A DNA stretch of 64,000 nucleotides from Vampirovibrionaceae bacterium NZW_1234 (GTDB lineage Bacteria; Cyanobacteriota; Vampirovibrionia; Vampirovibrionales; JAGQHJ01), in assembly GCA_041697335.1 (NCBI GenBank), contig JBGUGD010000038.1, positions 32,001 to 96,000 of the forward strand, given 5' to 3'. The notes under the pieces are model-generated. The model did no database searches and was not told the DNA's origin. It saw nothing but the letters and a program-made list of their open reading frames with translations. Below are positions 58,613-64,000 of this stretch, piece after piece; the first letter of the stretch is position 1, and each line of letters starts with the position of its first letter. A program made the translations under genes and the position numbers.

Positions 58613-59449
58613 TTACGGCAGAAAATCCAACCCGATATCCAGGGCCGGGGCGCTCAAGGTAATCTGACTGGTTGAAATAACGTCCACCCCGGTTTCGGCA
58701 ATGGCCCGGACCGTGGCTAATGTCACCCCACCACTGGCTTCGGTGATGGCCTGCCCGTCAATGGCTTTAACCGCCAGGGCCAGGGTCTCCAAATCCATAT
58801 TATCCAGCAGAATCACATCCACCTGGGCCTCCAGGGCTTCCCGGACCTGAGCCAGGGTATCGCATTCAACTTCGATACGAACCGTATGGCCCACGGTCTT
58901 ACGAATGGTCGCTACCGCTGTTGCAATGCTGCCTGCCGCCTGGATGTGATTGTCCTTAATCAGCACCGCATGAGACAGGGATTTGCGGTGAGGCATGCCC
59001 CCACCATGGAGCACCGCTTGAATGGCCCAGCTACGCAGGCCCGGAATGGTTTTTCGGGTATGGGTGATCTTGGCCTCTGTACCTGCCAGCGCCTCGACAT
59101 ATTGCGCTGTCAGCGTCGCAATCCCCGAGAGATGCTGCAAAAGGTTCAAAGCCAAACGCTCGGCTTTTAACACCGAGGCCGTGGGACCGTCCAACGATAA
59201 CAGCACAGTGCCTTTTTCAACCCGATCGCCATCCTGAACCCGTAGGCAGACCTTCACCAGGGGATCCACTTTCTCAAAGACCGTTTGTGCCGCAGTCAGA
59301 CCGGAAACGACACCCGCCTGACGCACAGCCACCTGCGCCCGACACTGGGACTCCGGAGAAAACAGGGGGTCGGTCGTAATGTCACCAAAGGCCAGGTCTT
59401 CTGCCAACGCCAAATCAATCAGGGCCAACTCCGGGGTGAGGAGCGTCAC
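58613..59449 (-). CDS. nadC: Nicotinate-nucleotide pyrophosphorylase (QPRTase)
   Basis: AL.ED...GDIT, ER.ALN, TRKT.PG.R, LIKDNH, EVE, LLDNM, EASGG. Confidence 0.96.
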   Translation of the reverse strand: MTLLTPELALIDLALAEDLAFGDITTDPLFSPESQCRAQVAVRQAGVVSGLTAAQTVFEKVDPLVKVCLRVQDGDRVEKGTVLLSLDGPTASVLKAERLALNLLQHLSGIATLTAQYVEALAGTEAKITHTRKTIPGLRSWAIQAVLHGGGMPHRKSLSHAVLIKDNHIQAAGSIATAVATIRKTVGHTVRIEVECDTLAQVREALEAQVDVILLDNMDLETLALAVKAIDGQAITEASGGVTLATVRAIAETGVDVISTSQITLSAPALDIGLDFLP

Positions 59450-61062
59450 CGGGGAATCTCCTCTTTCGTACTTTCCTCTTTCAGCACACGGTGGTATACC
59501 GAGTGCCGTGCCTGGGGCAACAACTCGGGAAAATCTGTCCGATAATGGGCTCCACGGCTTTCCTGCCGATTCAGGGCCGCTTTGGCAATCAGGCGACAGG
59601 TGGTCAGCATATTGCGAAGCTCCACACCAAAGGGCACATAGGAAAACAGATCCTGCTCCGTGGCAAGGGCTTCAATCCCATCCAGTTCAACCAACAGGCT
59701 TTGTAACCCGGCTTCATGGCGCAAAATCCCGGCATCCTGCCACATGAGCCGGCGCAGGCTATCGATGCTGCGTTGCAGGACCTCGTTGTGGCCATACTTG
59801 AGAGAGGGCTGGGAGAGTTGCGGGAAGTGGTTGAAAATGTCCACGGGAATGACTTCGGAATAGGTTTCCAGATGCGCCGCAACCCGGCGGGCCAGGACCA
59901 CGCATTCCAACAATGAGTTACTGGCCAGGCGATTGGCCCCATGCAAGCCGGAGCTAATGACTTCGCCAACGGCATACAGGTTTTCAACCGTCGTCCGTCC
60001 CACGGTATCCACCAAAACCCCACCCATGCCATAGTGGGCGGCTGGCGCCACGGGGATCTGATCCTTGCGAATATCCACCCCATACTCAAGGCATGCTTGC
60101 AAGATATTGGGGAAACGGGTCTCGATAGTGTCCACCGGCAGATGAGTAATATCCAGGGTCACAAAAGGACGCCCGTCTTTCAGAATCTGGGCCGAAATGG
60201 CGCGGGTCACCACGTCTCGGGGAGCCAGCTCCCCATCGGGATGATAATCCCTGGCAAAGGCCCGACCATGCTGATCACGGAGAATCCCGCCTTCCCCGCG
60301 CAGGGCTTCGGAAATCAGAAAGCGGACCTGGCCCTCAAAGCAAAAGGCGGTGGGATGAAACTGAACAAACTCCATATCCTGAATCTTGGCACCGGCATCG
60401 TAGGCCAGGGCCACGCCGTCACCGGTGGCAATCACCGGGTTGGTGGTCTGGGCATAAAGCCGCCCGATGCCGCCGGTCGCTAAAATAACATGCTGAGCCA
60501 GGATCAGCATTTCCTGGATGTTCTCGGGGTCATCGTAGCGAACCACATGAACCCCGTAGCAACGGTTGTCAATGGTCAGCAGGCGCAGGGCAATGCATTC
60601 TTCGAGGGCTTCAATATACGGATCGGCTTGGACTTTCTGAATCAGGGTGTCCTGAATGGAACGCCCGGTGGCATCGCCTCCGGCATGCAAAATGCGTTGA
60701 GTCGAGTGAGCGGCTTCCTTGGTAAAGGCCAGCTTGCCACCAACCCGATCAAAGGGCACGCCCAGTTTCAGCAAGTCCTGGATGGCGAGATGGCCTTCGC
60801 TCAGAATGGAGCGGGTCACGCTCTCTTCAGTCAACCCGGCCCCGGCAATCAGAGTGTCTTTGACATGAAGCTCAATGGAATCGTTGTTGTTTTCCGGCAG
60901 CACTGCCGCAATGCCCCCTTGCGCCATCCATGAACTGTTTTCCTGAAGGCAGGTCTTGGTCACCACAAGCGAGGAAATTCCAGAGTCAGAGAGTTTCAGC
61001 GCTGTCAGCAGACCGGCAATACCGCTACCAATGATGACAACGGGGGACTTACGGATGTCCAT
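59446..61062 (-). CDS. nadB: L-aspartate oxidase
   Basis: GSGIAGL, AQGGIAA, EAAHS..RILHA.GDATG, QFHPT, SEALRGEG, AAHY.MGG, GLHGANRLASNSL, ESRGAH. Confidence 0.96.
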   Translation of the reverse strand: MDIRKSPVVIIGSGIAGLLTALKLSDSGISSLVVTKTCLQENSSWMAQGGIAAVLPENNNDSIELHVKDTLIAGAGLTEESVTRSILSEGHLAIQDLLKLGVPFDRVGGKLAFTKEAAHSTQRILHAGGDATGRSIQDTLIQKVQADPYIEALEECIALRLLTIDNRCYGVHVVRYDDPENIQEMLILAQHVILATGGIGRLYAQTTNPVIATGDGVALAYDAGAKIQDMEFVQFHPTAFCFEGQVRFLISEALRGEGGILRDQHGRAFARDYHPDGELAPRDVVTRAISAQILKDGRPFVTLDITHLPVDTIETRFPNILQACLEYGVDIRKDQIPVAPAAHYGMGGVLVDTVGRTTVENLYAVGEVISSGLHGANRLASNSLLECVVLARRVAAHLETYSEVIPVDIFNHFPQLSQPSLKYGHNEVLQRSIDSLRRLMWQDAGILRHEAGLQSLLVELDGIEALATEQDLFSYVPFGVELRNMLTTCRLIAKAALNRQESRGAHYRTDFPELLPQARHSVYHRVLKEESTKEEIPR

Positions 61063-61193
61063 GGGCTTCCTTTTATGTTCTTCTGCATCATCAACCCGAG
61101 TGGATTTGGTGTATTATCGCGTAAGGGTGTTATAGAATAAAGCCTGATTTTGCGAGCCGTTGCTCATTTTAGAAGTGCCTCGGCTCAAAACGG

Positions 61194-63203
61194 ATGGAGG
61201 CGTCTGACAACCTGATGGAGTTTGCGGCTGAAAGCATCCAATCCATTACACTGATTCTGGCCGTTGCTGGTCTGATTGGCCTGCTGTTCAATGTTGTCCG
61301 CCTTCCTGCGGTATTGGCCTTTATCCTCACCGGGGTTGTCATTGGTCCGGGTGGGCTAAAATGGGTCGCCAATGAAGAAGTCATTCGCCATATTGCTGAG
61401 ATTGGCATTGTCTTTCTGCTCTTTGTCCTCGGTGCGGAACTATCCCTGCCCCGAATCAAAGAAATGCGGATTCATTCGCTTTGGGCCGGGGTACTTCAGC
61501 TCGTCATCACCATCATTATTATGTCGCTCGGCTTTACATTAGCCGGGCTGGACTTAAAGGCCGCCATCTTCCTCGGCGGTGCCCTATCGCTCTCGAGTAC
61601 GGCGCTGGTACTGAAAATTCTGGGCGATCAGAATGAACTGGATGCCGCCCATGGCCGCATTGCCATGGGGATTCTCCTGGTTCAGGATCTGGCCCTGGTC
61701 CCCTTAATGGCCTTTATGCCTCTGCTTACTGGGCATGGGGGTGAAGGCCAGATTCTTCAGGCTTTTCTGGTGACAACCGGAAAGGTCTTGTTATTTTTGG
61801 CCTTTATCGTGTTGATGAGCTGGCGCTTTGTCCCTCGCCTGGCGGATAGGTTTGCGGCCAAGGCCAGCAAGGAGATCTTTGGGCTCCTGGCCATTGCTTT
61901 TGGCTTGCTGATTACAATGTTGGCAGAGTGGATGGGACTGTCTCACGCAGTTGGCGCATTTTTGGCGGGCCTCTGCCTCAGCCAGAGCCTGGTCAGCCGT
62001 CAGATCGTCGCCGACCTGATCCCGTTTCGCGATGTTTTTTCCAGCGTTTTCTTCGTCTCCATCGGGATGCTCCTGAACGTGCCCTTTCTGTTGGGCAACC
62101 TGCCCCTGATTCTCTTGGTTACCTGTGTGATTGTGGTGGTTAAACTTCTGGGCATCAGCTTGGCGGTCTATTTTCTCCGGTTTCCGGCAAAAACCATCTT
62201 CTGGTGTGCCATGTCGTTGTTTCAGGTTGGGGAATTCTCGTTTATTTTGCTTCAAACCGGCCTACAGACCGGCACCCTAGACGGGGTCCTCCTCAATACC
62301 GTGACCAGTGCCATTGTGCTAACCATGCTGCTGACCCCCCTAGCCATCCGCTCTATCCCCAGCTGGCTCAATTACATCGAATCCGACGGCGGGTGGCTCA
62401 AAGGTCTGGAAAAGGCACTTCCTGGGGGTGCGATGCCCCCGCTGAAAGATGAAGTGATTATTGCGGGCTATGGTCCCATTGCCAAAAACGTCGCCCATGT
62501 ACTGCAAAGCCATGACATCGGGTTTCGGGTCATCGAAATGAACATCAACACGGTCAAGCGGCTCCAGAATCAGGGCATCCACTGTGTCTTCGGCGACTCC
62601 TCCAATGCCGAAGTTTTGCATGCAGCTGGGATCCAGGAAGCCAAGGTTTTTGCCATCACCATCCCGGACATCCGCGCCACGGAGCTGGCCATTCAAAATG
62701 CCAAACGCCTCAACCCCCATATTTACTGCATCGTACGCACCCGCTATCAGCATCCCATCGGGGCATTGTTTCAGATGGGCGCCGATGAAGTGGTCTACGA
62801 GGAGTTTGAAACCAGCATGAGTTTTATCTACTCCATCATCGATGTCTTTGGCGACACGGTCAGCGACAAGGAAAGCTACATGCTGCTGCTGCGGGAAAAC
62901 CGTAAATCCCTGATGAACGCCGGAAAAGCCATCGAGGAGCAAATGCGCTACGGCCGCTTCAGCGTCTTCAAAGATACCAAGATTGAGTGGATCACCATCC
63001 CCGAAGGCAGCAATCTGGAAGGCTCAACGGTGGCCGATGCCGCCCTGCGCCAGCGCACCGGGGTCAATATTCTGTCCATTCTCGATGAGGATGGCGTGAC
63101 GCAACTCAACCCCGAACCGGATACGGTGCTCAGATCCAACCAGGTTCTTGTCGTCATCGGCACCCTGGAGCAACTGACGCACCTGGAATCGTTGTTGTGC
63201 TAG
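61194..63203 (+). CDS. CPA2/Kef-type cation:proton antiporter with TrkA-N and TrkA-C (RCK) domains
   Basis: LSSTA, GILLVQD, GAFLAG, FFVSIG, Q.GEFSF; IAGYG, FGDS; LRQRTGVNIL. Confidence 0.92.
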   Translation: MEASDNLMEFAAESIQSITLILAVAGLIGLLFNVVRLPAVLAFILTGVVIGPGGLKWVANEEVIRHIAEIGIVFLLFVLGAELSLPRIKEMRIHSLWAGVLQLVITIIIMSLGFTLAGLDLKAAIFLGGALSLSSTALVLKILGDQNELDAAHGRIAMGILLVQDLALVPLMAFMPLLTGHGGEGQILQAFLVTTGKVLLFLAFIVLMSWRFVPRLADRFAAKASKEIFGLLAIAFGLLITMLAEWMGLSHAVGAFLAGLCLSQSLVSRQIVADLIPFRDVFSSVFFVSIGMLLNVPFLLGNLPLILLVTCVIVVVKLLGISLAVYFLRFPAKTIFWCAMSLFQVGEFSFILLQTGLQTGTLDGVLLNTVTSAIVLTMLLTPLAIRSIPSWLNYIESDGGWLKGLEKALPGGAMPPLKDEVIIAGYGPIAKNVAHVLQSHDIGFRVIEMNINTVKRLQNQGIHCVFGDSSNAEVLHAAGIQEAKVFAITIPDIRATELAIQNAKRLNPHIYCIVRTRYQHPIGALFQMGADEVVYEEFETSMSFIYSIIDVFGDTVSDKESYMLLLRENRKSLMNAGKAIEEQMRYGRFSVFKDTKIEWITIPEGSNLEGSTVADAALRQRTGVNILSILDEDGVTQLNPEPDTVLRSNQVLVVIGTLEQLTHLESLLC

Positions 63204-63475
63204 GGCCGTTTGTTATACAAATCCTGCGCCATTTGGTTAACCGCTGTATACAAGGGTTCTAAGGCAACCGCAACGCCCTTGAATATTGCACCGGAAGGCT
63301 GATTGTCATTTCCGGACTTATAGTAATTAATCACGGCCTGGGCCGCCGCTAAGTTTTGAAAAACAGTCGGGTTTATACCGTTATTGCTCGGCGTTTTTGG
63401 ATCTGGAAAGAAATCATCATCGGTTTTAATGCCAAAACGAACCTGGGGAGCTAACGAAGAAAAGCGAACCTGCAT
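63200..63475 (-). CDS. Small hypothetical protein with doubled VRF leader
   Basis: gaggag RBS; MQVRFSSLAPQVRFG. Confidence 0.65.
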   Translation of the reverse strand: MQVRFSSLAPQVRFGIKTDDDFFPDPKTPSNNGINPTVFQNLAAAQAVINYYKSGNDNQPSGAIFKGVAVALEPLYTAVNQMAQDLYNKRP

Positions 63476-64000
63476 TTTTGGATCTCCTCACAATCATCAC
63501 AACACGTTCTTCTACTTGAGCAGAAAGCCTTGCCCTCAGGCACCGGCCTTACCTCTGCCGTGTTTCATTATGCAATGCTGATTTCAATCGGAACCCCAAA
63601 AAATACATAAAAAGGGATCATTGTTACACTTATTTATGATGCATTTATGGATTCCGGTTCCTGCCAGCCGCCGTGCCATTGCCCCAGGAAGGCACCTCAG
63701 GCAAACCGCTTCAGAGGCAGCCCAGGTCTTCTGAACACAGACAATCCTCCCATACGCTCTCTAACCGGGCATAAATCGTTCGGAGCGCCAAACAGGTATC
63801 GCATTTCAAAAGCATCACAACAGCGTTTGCAACCCTTTCTTTACAGGTAATTTGCATATCCATACGAACCATGATTCAATCATGGACACTTTTGGGAGTC
63901 GTTGACATTTTGTATCAACAAGGAACGATTTGATGATTATCACTCAAACTGCCGTACGACCGGTTAATACTCGTGTCATGAAGTTTAAAAGTCTGGACCT

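Overview
Bacterial chromosomal window of roughly 57 genes, with no rRNA, tRNA, CRISPR array or intact transposase or integrase seen. Housekeeping genes are hflX, paaI, purA, cdd, nadB-nadC, a Kef-type antiporter, an MFS transporter and a delta-9-type desaturase. Other blocks are a two-partner secretion pair (TpsB plus a 2470-aa filamentous-haemagglutinin-like TpsA), a small stress and redox gene block, and a ~17-kb surface-glycan locus. That locus carries homologues of all four core Campylobacter phosphoramidate enzymes (Cj1415-Cj1418 types), a 3-amino-sugar module and a formyltransferase-like gene, but no methyltransferase. The main unexplained signal is a shared N-terminal leader ending in [V/L/P/M/T]-R-F-(x)-G on about 13 scattered, mostly unrelated proteins. 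These include a calpain-like protease, a Sel1-repeat protein, a GNAT-like protein with an NLS-like patch, a subtilase-propeptide-like protein, a tandem paralogue triplet and PurA, which suggests an undescribed export or targeting signal. Also notable are a family of Cys-free, charge-poor, FG/Q/N-rich proteins (one with 7+1 copies of a 41-aa repeat) and a promoter-linked structured intergenic element before purA. Overall style suggests a non-photosynthetic cyanobacterial relative (Melainabacteria/Vampirovibrio-like); this is inference and was not verified by any search.
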